Positions 9,975 to 19,129 of a DNA stretch of 64,000 nucleotides are shown here, piece by piece. Position 1 is the first letter of the stretch. The number at the start of each line of letters is the position of its first letter. The translations under genes and the position numbers were made by a program. The notes beneath the pieces were generated by a model. That model was not told the DNA's origin. It worked only from the letters and a program-made list of their open reading frames with translations, and searched no databases. The stretch is from a virus, in IMG/VR virus record IMGVR_UViG_3300027782_004732, positions 6,602 to 70,601 of that record; one strand, 5' to 3'.

Positions 9975-10810
9975 TAAAATAAGTTTTTTAAATAATTCTC
10001 CCACATATAATCTTCAGATGTGCCCATTTCCATTGCAATTTTAAAATTTCTTTCAATTGCAGGTAACATAGATTGATATTTTTCAGGAGTTAATGTTGAC
10101 AAATCTGGGTCATCTTCCAAGAAAATAACACCAGCAGGGTCAAAATACTTTTCAACAACTTTTCTTGAACCCCAATAAACAGGTACGGTTCCCATTACAA
10201 AATTGTCAGTTAATTTTTCGGTAAAATAAGTGTCTGAATTATCATTTTCAATTGATACTGAGAACATATAATCTCTTAATCCGTCTTCTTTATCTGTTAA
10301 TTGATTTGGTCTTCCTGAACCAAATAAATCAACTTTATCTTTTAATTTTTCTACCCAATCTAATCTGTTTTGGTGACCACGTAACCAACCTTTAGTTGAA
10401 GCAATCATACTAACCAATTTAGTTTTTGGGTGAATTGTTCTGTTTTGAGGCCAAATCCATGGAGCAGCATTTGAAATTGTATACGTAAATGGAGCACCTA
10501 ATTCAAGTAGACTGTCCATACAAGTGAAAATACATTTGTAATGCTCTCTTGTCATTTCCAAGTTGTCAACAAGATATTTGATAGTACCCTCATTCATTTG
10601 AGGTGATTCTAACAACCATCCAATTTTTTCTCTTGACGGGTCATTAAATCCCAAATCTTTGATGTAATTATCAACATAAACACTCACGGTGTGAGGGTCT
10701 TGTGTATCTCTTGATAGCCATTGAATATACTTTGGCATGTTTCGGTTAGATGAACAATCGTAATCGCCCCACCAGTCTGAAACTTTTCTAATTTTTACTT
10801 TTTCACTCAT
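9974..10810 (-). CDS. GT10 alpha-1,3-fucosyltransferase-like
   Basis: YMFSVSIEN...YFTEKL...GTVPVYWG signature. Confidence 0.85.
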   Translation of the reverse strand: MSEKVKIRKVSDWWGDYDCSSNRNMPKYIQWLSRDTQDPHTVSVYVDNYIKDLGFNDPSREKIGWLLESPQMNEGTIKYLVDNLEMTREHYKCIFTCMDSLLELGAPFTYTISNAAPWIWPQNRTIHPKTKLVSMIASTKGWLRGHQNRLDWVEKLKDKVDLFGSGRPNQLTDKEDGLRDYMFSVSIENDNSDTYFTEKLTDNFVMGTVPVYWGSRKVVEKYFDPAGVIFLEDDPDLSTLTPEKYQSMLPAIERNFKIAMEMGTSEDYMWENYLKNLF

Positions 10811-10813
10811 AGT

Positions 10814-11632
10814 TTAATTTTTAGGTTTTAATTCTCCATCAACATAGATTACTTCTAATTTTGTCCAATCAGGTTGAAACATATCGTAATAATTCTGTGG
10901 ACCACTAGGACCGAACCAAATTGATGGTGATATAATTTGTTTATTTTTGTTTTTATTTAAAAATGCTGACCACCAAGAAAAAGTGGAATTTGGAATTATA
11001 TTGTTCTTACATAAAGACATCATCCACATATCAACATAATCATCTTCATCAACTAATGTTATGTTTTCACCATTAAAGTTTTTATTTAACCATTCTTTAT
11101 CATCACCAAATAAAAATAAGTGACTGTATGGTCCAACCATTTCTAATGCCTTATCCAAATACTCTTTAGATACACTTGGGTGAATGTGTGGATTTTGTTT
11201 GTAGTCACCAAATCTAATGTGAATTGATACCGTATTGTCTTGATTAAGTTGTGGGTATTTTTCATAAATTTGTTTTATGAATTCTTCAGTTGGGCCAAAC
11301 AAATCTTGTATTTTTTCGTCAAATCCTAAAAGGTTTTTCCCACTCTGGAAGTAACCCTCAAACACTGTATTATCCTCAACAGGATTTACTTCAGAATATT
11401 CCCACGGTCCTTCATGTACTTTAGTAAACCCATCAATGTTATCAACAAATTTTAATCCTCTAAAGACGTTATCTTTATAATGTGAAGTATCTTTACCTTG
11501 CATTGGGGTCCAAGACCTTGGGATAAAAACGGTTTCTCTATTATTTTTCCATCCTTGAGCCAACGCGTGTGCTGCTTGGAACATTTGATTACCAAGACCA
11601 CCCATTAAATTACATGATATTAAATTGCTCAT
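10814..11632 (-). CDS. GT11 alpha-1,2-fucosyltransferase
   Basis: GGLGNQMFQ, EGYFQS, SIHIRFGDY, NSTFSWWSAFL. Confidence 0.92.
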   Translation of the reverse strand: MSNLISCNLMGGLGNQMFQAAHALAQGWKNNRETVFIPRSWTPMQGKDTSHYKDNVFRGLKFVDNIDGFTKVHEGPWEYSEVNPVEDNTVFEGYFQSGKNLLGFDEKIQDLFGPTEEFIKQIYEKYPQLNQDNTVSIHIRFGDYKQNPHIHPSVSKEYLDKALEMVGPYSHLFLFGDDKEWLNKNFNGENITLVDEDDYVDMWMMSLCKNNIIPNSTFSWWSAFLNKNKNKQIISPSIWFGPSGPQNYYDMFQPDWTKLEVIYVDGELKPKN

Positions 11633-11635
11633 AAT

Positions 11636-12223
11636 TTATTTAATTTTCCAATTTTCCCAAACAAAGGGGAATCTCCAAGTAAGTTCATGTGTTTTTGACA
11701 GTTCTTCACTAATATAGTTATAGTCTGAATTTTCTTCCCCATCAAAAAGATGAAACTGTACTTGAATGTTTTTTATCTTTGTTATTTTATCAGACTCTAT
11801 TAAATTTTTTAATATTGGGTATTCAGCACCTTCAACATTAATTTTCATTAAATCAATTGATTCTTGACCAATTAATTCAAATATTTCTTTAGCCTCAATT
11901 GAATCACTTTCAAATGTTGATTCATTGAAAAAAATTGATGCCTCTGATTCCGAAACACCTAAAGTTATTTTTTCTTTTTTATCTGAAACGGCAACACAAA
12001 AAGTTTCATATCCCGAACCTTTTAATTCATTACAAAATTGAGGTACAACCTCAAAACAATATATTTTTGAATTATATTTACCTCTAATCAAATTACACCA
12101 ATTACCATGTCTTGCACCTAAATCAACAACAATTGAATTATTATTTAATTCATAATTTATTCTATAGGTATTATCACCATTTTGTTGTCTCCACTCAATA
12201 TCGTTTGACGGTTTAATTTTCAT
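11636..12223 (-). CDS. FkbM family methyltransferase
   Basis: VVDLGARHG, FEVVP, IDLMKINVEGAEY, QVQFH. Confidence 0.85.
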   Translation of the reverse strand: MKIKPSNDIEWRQQNGDNTYRINYELNNNSIVVDLGARHGNWCNLIRGKYNSKIYCFEVVPQFCNELKGSGYETFCVAVSDKKEKITLGVSESEASIFFNESTFESDSIEAKEIFELIGQESIDLMKINVEGAEYPILKNLIESDKITKIKNIQVQFHLFDGEENSDYNYISEELSKTHELTWRFPFVWENWKIK

Positions 12224-12994
12224 TTAACAATTTCTATTTTCTACAAATTTATCACCATAAAGTAAATCTCTATGTTTTTCTAATATTTTTTGGGCATTTA
12301 CAGTAACTAATTGACTGTGTAATGCATGGTTTTTTTGACGAGTAGACCCCCAACTTGGGTCAGAAGTATAGTCAATCCAATATAGCCCTGATACCTTATT
12401 TAACTCTTTAAATGCTCTCATTGATATATCCATATCGTCATAATTTTGAGGTGAAAAATATTCATCTAAAAAATTAAGTTTTACAACATCTTGGTAGTCA
12501 TACATTAATGGACCTCTATTACCATATTCTCGGGCATAAAAAATGTCTCTTGACGAGTCTTTTTTACCTGCCATGTCAACATAATTAATTTCTCTTGATT
12601 GTTCGTTGTATGTGTTATTATGTGCGATGAATGAGGTTACCGCAAAAACGTCATCAAATGTTTGATATGGTTTTAACATTCTAACATCAAAATCTTTTTC
12701 ATTTACGACCATATCATCTTGTATCAACAATGCGTAGTCGTTTTCAACTATTTTTAAACCTGCGTTATTTGCTTTAGTTTCAAAAACGTCATCAGTATAT
12801 ACGTAATTAACTTTCATTCGTTTAACATCTTTAAGTATGTTTTTAACGATAGGAATTGAGTTATCGGTACATCCGTCAAATACGACTATAAATTGATTTG
12901 TGTTGTTAGATAAATTATTAACCAACGAGTGACAGACTTTTTCAATTAAAAAATCTTTATTGTGTATTGTTAAAACACAGGATACATTTTTCAT
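12224..12994 (-). CDS. GT2 glycosyltransferase
   Basis: VLTIHN, VVFDGCTDNS, ANNAGL, IQDDM, YDDMD. Confidence 0.85.
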   Translation of the reverse strand: MKNVSCVLTIHNKDFLIEKVCHSLVNNLSNNTNQFIVVFDGCTDNSIPIVKNILKDVKRMKVNYVYTDDVFETKANNAGLKIVENDYALLIQDDMVVNEKDFDVRMLKPYQTFDDVFAVTSFIAHNNTYNEQSREINYVDMAGKKDSSRDIFYAREYGNRGPLMYDYQDVVKLNFLDEYFSPQNYDDMDISMRAFKELNKVSGLYWIDYTSDPSWGSTRQKNHALHSQLVTVNAQKILEKHRDLLYGDKFVENRNC

Positions 12995-12995
12995 A

Positions 12996-13673
12996 TTAAG
13001 GTAGAAAAAAATTGTGAGTTATGTTGTTTATAAAACTATTAGAAAATTTAAGATTATTTTTTACAATTAAATTTGTTAATATACTTTGGTCCCATCTATG
13101 AAACTGCCAACCAGGAAAGTTTTCACCATGAATGTTTTCATCATCAGAAACAATTTGTCTATTTCTACAAAAAAATAGATATTCTTCAAAAAATGTAATC
13201 ATTTCTTTGGTTTTTTTAACACCAATAATTCCTGCTTCAACTTGAGCTACCTCATGATACTTTTCTTCATCACATCCCATTAAAACAAAACAATCTCTTT
13301 TTGTTGCGTGTTTTTGTTTTATTCTTACCCCATTCCAATTTGTAAAATAATAATCTTCTGTTTTAAAAAAATCTTTCATTGAGTTTACAATCTCTCCATT
13401 AAGTTTGTCCCCAGCATCAATATATAATAAAACATCACCAAATTCCATGTTATTAAAAGTGTCCAATATAATTTTAGGCTTCCAAACCCAATATCCGTCA
13501 CCTTTTTCTAAATCAAGTAATTCTTTATTTTCTAAATAAAAATCACCTTGCTTAACATCTTCAGCCCGATAGTTGTAAATTTTATCAAACCCTTTTGATT
13601 TTAAATCGTCAATTAAAATATTTTCTCTTATTCTAAAATTTTCGTCAGTATAAAAACAAACATTAACTTTCAT
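12996..13673 (-). CDS. Putative GT-A glycosyltransferase
   Basis: GYWVWKPKII, LYIDAG, HRWDQSILT; start moved to 13673 (track gives 13733). Confidence 0.6.
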   Translation of the reverse strand: MKVNVCFYTDENFRIRENILIDDLKSKGFDKIYNYRAEDVKQGDFYLENKELLDLEKGDGYWVWKPKIILDTFNNMEFGDVLLYIDAGDKLNGEIVNSMKDFFKTEDYYFTNWNGVRIKQKHATKRDCFVLMGCDEEKYHEVAQVEAGIIGVKKTKEMITFFEEYLFFCRNRQIVSDDENIHGENFPGWQFHRWDQSILTNLIVKNNLKFSNSFINNITHNFFLP

Positions 13674-13674
13674 A

Positions 13675-14304
13675 TTACAAATTTTTATTTTTCCATGATT
13701 CCCATACAAATTCATAATTAAATTGTAAGTCAAAACCTATAGATTCTAATTTTTCTTGTATGTTTTTATGTTTAAGTTCATAATCTTCACCGTATTTGTG
13801 GAATTGAACTTGTAGGTATTTTATTTTATTAATAATACCAGAGTCAATCCATTTTTCCAATAATGGGTATTCCTCACCTTCAATATTAACTTGTAAAAGG
13901 TCAACTTGTTTTATATTGTATTTTTCTAAAAAATACTCTAAAGTGTGACAAGTTACTGTAATTTTTTCTGAAGATTCTAAATAAGATGATGTTGCATCAC
14001 CATCCATATAAAGAGTGATTTCTTTTTCATCGGTAGATATTCCACAATTTTCAAGTTTAATTTTTTCTCTACTTGGTTTGTTAAATGTTCCAATGTAATA
14101 GTCAACCTCATCAACTAATTTGTTATAAAATTGTGGAACAGGTTCAATTGATAATATGTTGCAATGAAATTTTTGTGATGCGGTTTTTGTCCAATATCCA
14201 TGGTATCCGCCAAGTTCAATTATTTGAGAATTTTCATCTAATGGGTAATTTAATATTAATAAATCATTTCCTCTGTCTGCGTCCCATTTTTCGTTTGGTG
14301 TCAT
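13675..14304 (-). CDS. FkbM family methyltransferase (paralog of 11636-12223)
   Basis: IIELGGYHG, IEPVP, VDLLQVNIEGEEY, QVQFH, FVWESWK. Confidence 0.85.
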   Translation of the reverse strand: MTPNEKWDADRGNDLLILNYPLDENSQIIELGGYHGYWTKTASQKFHCNILSIEPVPQFYNKLVDEVDYYIGTFNKPSREKIKLENCGISTDEKEITLYMDGDATSSYLESSEKITVTCHTLEYFLEKYNIKQVDLLQVNIEGEEYPLLEKWIDSGIINKIKYLQVQFHKYGEDYELKHKNIQEKLESIGFDLQFNYEFVWESWKNKNL

Positions 14305-15011
14305 AGTATAATATAAGGTTCTTTATTTCTAATTATGTTAACAATTGAATTTACCATTGGCATATTAACTTTATGGTCATTCAATGGGTTATTTTCGTTA
14401 TAAATGTAAGTTATTGTTGGGATATGTCTATAATGTTTTTCTCCCGACATTTCAAACATTGGGAACATAAATGATAAGTCACCTGCAACACTCCAATAAT
14501 TTCCTTCAGAATCTTTTAAATCTTCTTCTTTGATTTTTTTCCATAACCAAGATTTCCATGTCCTTAAATGAGAAAGTGTAAAGTTTTGTTTTCTAATGTT
14601 ATCAAAATTTGCTGGTGGTACTGAGAATCCCTGAGCTCCGTTACTATACTTAAATGAACCACTTGTTATCCAAACATTCTCATCTTGGTATGTGTCATTA
14701 ATTAATCCCAATACGTTTGAGTTTGGTAACCAATCGTCCCCATCAATTTCAACACAAATTTCATCATCAGGAACATTCATACCCCTAATTATTTGGTCGT
14801 AATTACCTGGTTGATACATTTTAGTTTTATTCTCAATCAAAATAAAACGTTCATCACCCTCAATAGTTTTCTTAATAGTATTAACCGTATCATCAGTTGA
14901 TAGGTCATCGGTTATGTAACATTTAAAATCTTTAAATCTTTGAGACATAATACTCAATAAAGATTTTTCTACATAATTTTCACAATTATATGTTGTGGTT
15001 AATATTATCAT
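14301..15011 (-). CDS. GT2 glycosyltransferase
   Basis: TTTYNC, DDLSTDDT, IDGDDWL, SHLRT; start moved to 15011. Confidence 0.85.
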   Translation of the reverse strand: MIILTTTYNCENYVEKSLLSIMSQRFKDFKCYITDDLSTDDTVNTIKKTIEGDERFILIENKTKMYQPGNYDQIIRGMNVPDDEICVEIDGDDWLPNSNVLGLINDTYQDENVWITSGSFKYSNGAQGFSVPPANFDNIRKQNFTLSHLRTWKSWLWKKIKEEDLKDSEGNYWSVAGDLSFMFPMFEMSGEKHYRHIPTITYIYNENNPLNDHKVNMPMVNSIVNIIRNKEPYIIL

Positions 15012-15012
15012 T

Positions 15013-16170
15013 TTATAATGTAATTTTATATCCTTCAGGTTTAGAGCCAGATTTAAAAAGTCTAAGTCTATTATTATATGATTCACACAATGAGTTTAAC
15101 TTTTTTGATACATCGTCGTGTTCAATTACGTTTAAAGAATAACCTTCATTCAATAGGTCAATACATAATTGAAATTGTTGTGACTCGTCTAAAATATTTA
15201 CCCCCTTTTTATATGTTATGTGTTCCATAACAAATGGGACTTCTTTATTTGGATTTTGTTGTATAAAAAAGTTTTTAATGAATGATGAATGTTCTTTATT
15301 AAGAGTGTCGGTAAATAATGGTAAGTTTGATTCAATCCCAAGGTTTTTAGTAAAAATACCTAACGCTCTATTTTCATTCGGTAATGATGGTCCTCCATAT
15401 CCAAACCCATATTTTAATGATTTTTTTCCAATTCTTGAATCACCACCAATTGTTGTTAGTACCATATTAATTTCATCTTGAAGACCTAATTTTGACATAA
15501 CATCCCCAATCATATTTGCATATGTAATTTTAGTTGCAACAAAACTACTAATAGCTAATTTGGTTAATTCGGATGCTTTGATTGACATACTATAAGCATT
15601 AACAGGAACTTTTAAAATTTTATTATAAAGTTTAATTAATTCGTTAGCTAATTCTTGATATTCAGTACCAATCAAAATAACATCAGAAGTTTCAATACTT
15701 GATACAATATTACCATTTATAGTTTGTAAAGGATTATACGCAACTTGGACGTTAAACATGTTTAACCTTTCTTGTATTTGTGATACGTCCCCAACATTTG
15801 TTGTACTACCTACTATAAATTTTTTATTATATAGTGGAGTGTCTAATGAAGATGCACTATAAAAATTAGTGACTAACTCAAAAATTTTTCTCGTGTCATA
15901 ATCACCATCAATATTGATTGGGGTATCTACATAAGTAAAAATTATATCTGAGTTTATAATAACGTCTAAAGTATTTGTTGTTGCACTAAATTGTTTAACA
16001 TCAAATAGCATTGATTGAATCATTGGTTCATTTGTAATACAAATTTTTTGATTCAAATTGTAAACGTAATCTTCATTATCATCATGAATAATAACATTGT
16101 AACCATTTTTTTCACACAATAATCCAAATGAAAGACCTACTTTATCTCCACCAATAATACCTATTATCAT
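15013..16170 (-). CDS. UDP-glucose/GDP-mannose dehydrogenase family protein, degenerate active site
   Basis: SELTKLA..SFVATKITYAN, DSRIG, GFGYGGPSLPNE (Ser at catalytic Cys position). Confidence 0.75.
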   Translation of the reverse strand: MIIGIIGGDKVGLSFGLLCEKNGYNVIIHDDNEDYVYNLNQKICITNEPMIQSMLFDVKQFSATTNTLDVIINSDIIFTYVDTPINIDGDYDTRKIFELVTNFYSASSLDTPLYNKKFIVGSTTNVGDVSQIQERLNMFNVQVAYNPLQTINGNIVSSIETSDVILIGTEYQELANELIKLYNKILKVPVNAYSMSIKASELTKLAISSFVATKITYANMIGDVMSKLGLQDEINMVLTTIGGDSRIGKKSLKYGFGYGGPSLPNENRALGIFTKNLGIESNLPLFTDTLNKEHSSFIKNFFIQQNPNKEVPFVMEHITYKKGVNILDESQQFQLCIDLLNEGYSLNVIEHDDVSKKLNSLCESYNNRLRLFKSGSKPEGYKITL

Positions 16171-17792
16171 ATAATTTTTATATATTCGTCTTTTATTTGT
16201 TGTGCAACTTTTAATGTGTGGTATTTTTCAATATCTAATGGAGGGTTAAACTTTTCTTTAGATAATATAAATCCACCTTTATCTACTTTATATATCCAAC
16301 TTGGTTTCCCGCACATCCAACTTTCAATTGTTGTTCTACCTAATTGAATCCCTGCAGTTTCATATGATTTTAAAATAAAGTCTTCAATTTTCCAAGTTGC
16401 TGGGAAATGTTTAACATGATTTTCCAATAAAACATTTTCCAAATAATTTCCATTGTTATCACCAACTAACCAAAGTTCTTTTCCAAGTTCTCTGGTATAT
16501 TCAATTAAATCTAAGATTGTTTCTTTTCTCAAATAATCTATAGTACCAACAAACAAAACATAATTTTCTTCAGATACTTTTTTAGATTGGAACTTTTCAT
16601 TATCAACTGGATTATAAATCACCTCAATCATTTCTTCAGGTATGTCAAAATTGTTAATCATGTGTTCCTTAATTTCAGGTCGGATTGCAATATATTTTTT
16701 AATTGTAGGGTCAACAACAGGGTCTTCCAATGAAATAACCTCTGAATGGATTGCGCTTATTTTAGGTAATTCAGGATACATATTAAGTATTCTTTCTGCA
16801 ACAGGTTTATGTTGGAAATGAATAATGTCATAATCTACATCAGATACTCGGTATAACGCGTTTGGTGTTGATGGTTTAAACCCATCAGGAGTATTAATAC
16901 CCCATTGTCCATCACCAAGTTTAAAACCAGGTGCGTTTTCAAATGAAACACATTTAATACCAAGTTTATTTGCCATATCAGTAACAGGACCACCAATTTG
17001 TGATAATACCGTAACACTACAGTTTAATTTGATTAAACTTTTTGCTAATTCAAAAACATACAATTCTGACCCCGTAAAGTTTCTAAATGAAATGCAAGAT
17101 AATAATACTTTTAATTTTCTGTTTGGGTCAAATGGGATTTTAGTTGGTAAATTTTTACTATATTTTTGGGCAAATAAATTTTTATTTTCCTCCCATTGTT
17201 CGTTTGTTTGTCCAATAGATTTGTGAGTAATTCTAATGTTTGAAATAACACCAACCTTAACCCCTTCTATTTGATTTTTAAAACAAAATCCAATATCGTA
17301 AAAATGGAAACCTTTAAACTCTTCATCAAAATTATGTTTAATTCTTGATTTACTTAATGCGATAAAAACACCGTCAACAATAACTGTTTCTCTAATTGAT
17401 TTACCTAAATCTTCAGAGTATTTTGATGTCCATTTTTTTCCACCACTTTCATGGTTTACAATACCAATCATTTTTCTTCGTGTTTCCCACCATTGACCTG
17501 ACGATGGCATTTCAGTTGTACCTGCAACACCTAAAATACCGTATTCACTATTTTCAAAGTGAGTCTTCAATTTGTAATACCAACTATTAGTGTCAAAGTA
17601 AATGTCGTCATGACACAATACAACTATGTCAGTTTTTGCTTCGTCAAGTATTTCGTTATAAACTTGAGAAAGGGATTTCTCCCCATTATTAATTTTTTCA
17701 ATTACCTCAATCTTCTTAAACCCTGAACTTTTTTTTAAGTATTCAATAAATTTTGGGTTATGTTCTCTTGTGGAGTATCCTACTGTAATCAT
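16167..17792 (-). CDS. Bifunctional GT2-like + GT4-like glycosyltransferase
   Basis: N-half YNEIL..VLCHDD..VDGVFI..FHFYD; C-half FTGSELYVFELAK..IYNPVD..GRTTIESWMCG. Confidence 0.8.
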   Translation of the reverse strand: MITVGYSTREHNPKFIEYLKKSSGFKKIEVIEKINNGEKSLSQVYNEILDEAKTDIVVLCHDDIYFDTNSWYYKLKTHFENSEYGILGVAGTTEMPSSGQWWETRRKMIGIVNHESGGKKWTSKYSEDLGKSIRETVIVDGVFIALSKSRIKHNFDEEFKGFHFYDIGFCFKNQIEGVKVGVISNIRITHKSIGQTNEQWEENKNLFAQKYSKNLPTKIPFDPNRKLKVLLSCISFRNFTGSELYVFELAKSLIKLNCSVTVLSQIGGPVTDMANKLGIKCVSFENAPGFKLGDGQWGINTPDGFKPSTPNALYRVSDVDYDIIHFQHKPVAERILNMYPELPKISAIHSEVISLEDPVVDPTIKKYIAIRPEIKEHMINNFDIPEEMIEVIYNPVDNEKFQSKKVSEENYVLFVGTIDYLRKETILDLIEYTRELGKELWLVGDNNGNYLENVLLENHVKHFPATWKIEDFILKSYETAGIQLGRTTIESWMCGKPSWIYKVDKGGFILSKEKFNPPLDIEKYHTLKVAQQIKDEYIKII

Positions 17793-17804
17793 ATTTAATA
17801 TTTT

Positions 17805-18428
17805 TTAAATTATTCCTGTACTACCAAATCCGTTGTTACCTCTATCTTTATCTTCAATTTGTCTTACTTGTTGAATGTTAACATATTTACCTTGAACTAC
17901 GGGACATAAGACACATTGACCTACCTTCATTCCTTTTGGGATTGTAACGGTGGTATTATTGGTGTTAAACACAATAACTTGTATTTCACCTGTATATCCT
18001 TGGTCTACAGTTCCTGGCGTGTTAAGAACGGTTAATCCTTGTTTAATTGCCAAACCACTTTTTGGTCTAACCTGTATTTCATAACCTTCTTCAAAAGAAA
18101 CTTTTATTCCTGTTGGGATTAACGCCCTACCAAAAGGTCCAATAATAACTTCTTCGGTTGCATGTAAATCAAATCCTGAATCTGACGGATATGAATATTT
18201 TGGAAGTACAGCATTTTCATGTACCAATTCAACTTTAATTGTCCTTGTTTTTGCCATTTGGTTAATTTCATTTTCCATATCTTCAAATGAAAGACCTAAC
18301 ATATCTTCTAATTCTTTTTGATATTCTTCTTCGGGTTGAATCCCTAATTCAGATTGAATTTTTTCAAATTGTTTTTCAATCTCTTCTCTAAGTTTTGGGT
18401 CAAAATGACCAAGTTGTCCTAAATCCAT
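17805..18428 (-). CDS. dut: Trimeric dUTPase with ~60 aa acidic N-terminal extension
   Basis: SGFDL, RPKSGLA, GTVDQGYTGEI, RGNNGFGSTG. Confidence 0.95.
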   Translation of the reverse strand: MDLGQLGHFDPKLREEIEKQFEKIQSELGIQPEEEYQKELEDMLGLSFEDMENEINQMAKTRTIKVELVHENAVLPKYSYPSDSGFDLHATEEVIIGPFGRALIPTGIKVSFEEGYEIQVRPKSGLAIKQGLTVLNTPGTVDQGYTGEIQVIVFNTNNTTVTIPKGMKVGQCVLCPVVQGKYVNIQQVRQIEDKDRGNNGFGSTGII

Positions 18429-19129
18429 TATTTTAATTTGTTTAATTTTTTAATTACCTCAATTAATACTTCAACATCTTTTTCACAATATTTTACAATA
18501 CCTTCAATATCTTTTTTAACCCAAAATGCTTCGTGAACTTTATTACCCGTCACCTCCATTGTTTTAGATGACTCAACTCCCAAACAAACACACATAAGTT
18601 CTAATGATGCGATTGAACCGTATCCTCCATATTGCCATACTTCTTTGGTATCCAAAGCTTTAATTTCCCATGGTTTTGTGTCGTGACCTGGTAATATTTT
18701 AGGTGGCATAATACCATTCATAATCATTCTTTTTGCCATCATTGGGATGTCAAATCCTTTTACATTATGACCACATAAATGGAAACCAAGTTCACCAACT
18801 CTATATAATAGTTTTTGTGCGTCTTGTAATAGTTTCTTTTCATCAGGGTCACTGAATGATTGCATTTTAACTTCACCTTTATCTGTAACAAACGCAACGC
18901 TAATACAAGCAATTCTTGCAAATTCAGGAACTAACGCGGCTCTGTTAACAAACATATCACCAACAGGTTTGTCTGCGTCTTCAGGAAATCTTTTTTGAAA
19001 CCAATCGTGGTAGTTTTGAAATTGGAAAGCCAACTCAGGTCTATTTGACTCAAGTGACTTCCAATCAGGTTGAATACCTACTGTTTCAATGTCTAAGAAT
19101 AATAATTTTGTAATTGGTGTGTTTATCAT
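18428..19129 (-). CDS. DEDD 3'-5' exonuclease (PolB exonuclease-like)
   Basis: FLDIET, GHNVKGFDIP, YCEKDV. Confidence 0.85.
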   Translation of the reverse strand: MINTPITKLLFLDIETVGIQPDWKSLESNRPELAFQFQNYHDWFQKRFPEDADKPVGDMFVNRAALVPEFARIACISVAFVTDKGEVKMQSFSDPDEKKLLQDAQKLLYRVGELGFHLCGHNVKGFDIPMMAKRMIMNGIMPPKILPGHDTKPWEIKALDTKEVWQYGGYGSIASLELMCVCLGVESSKTMEVTGNKVHEAFWVKKDIEGIVKYCEKDVEVLIEVIKKLNKLK

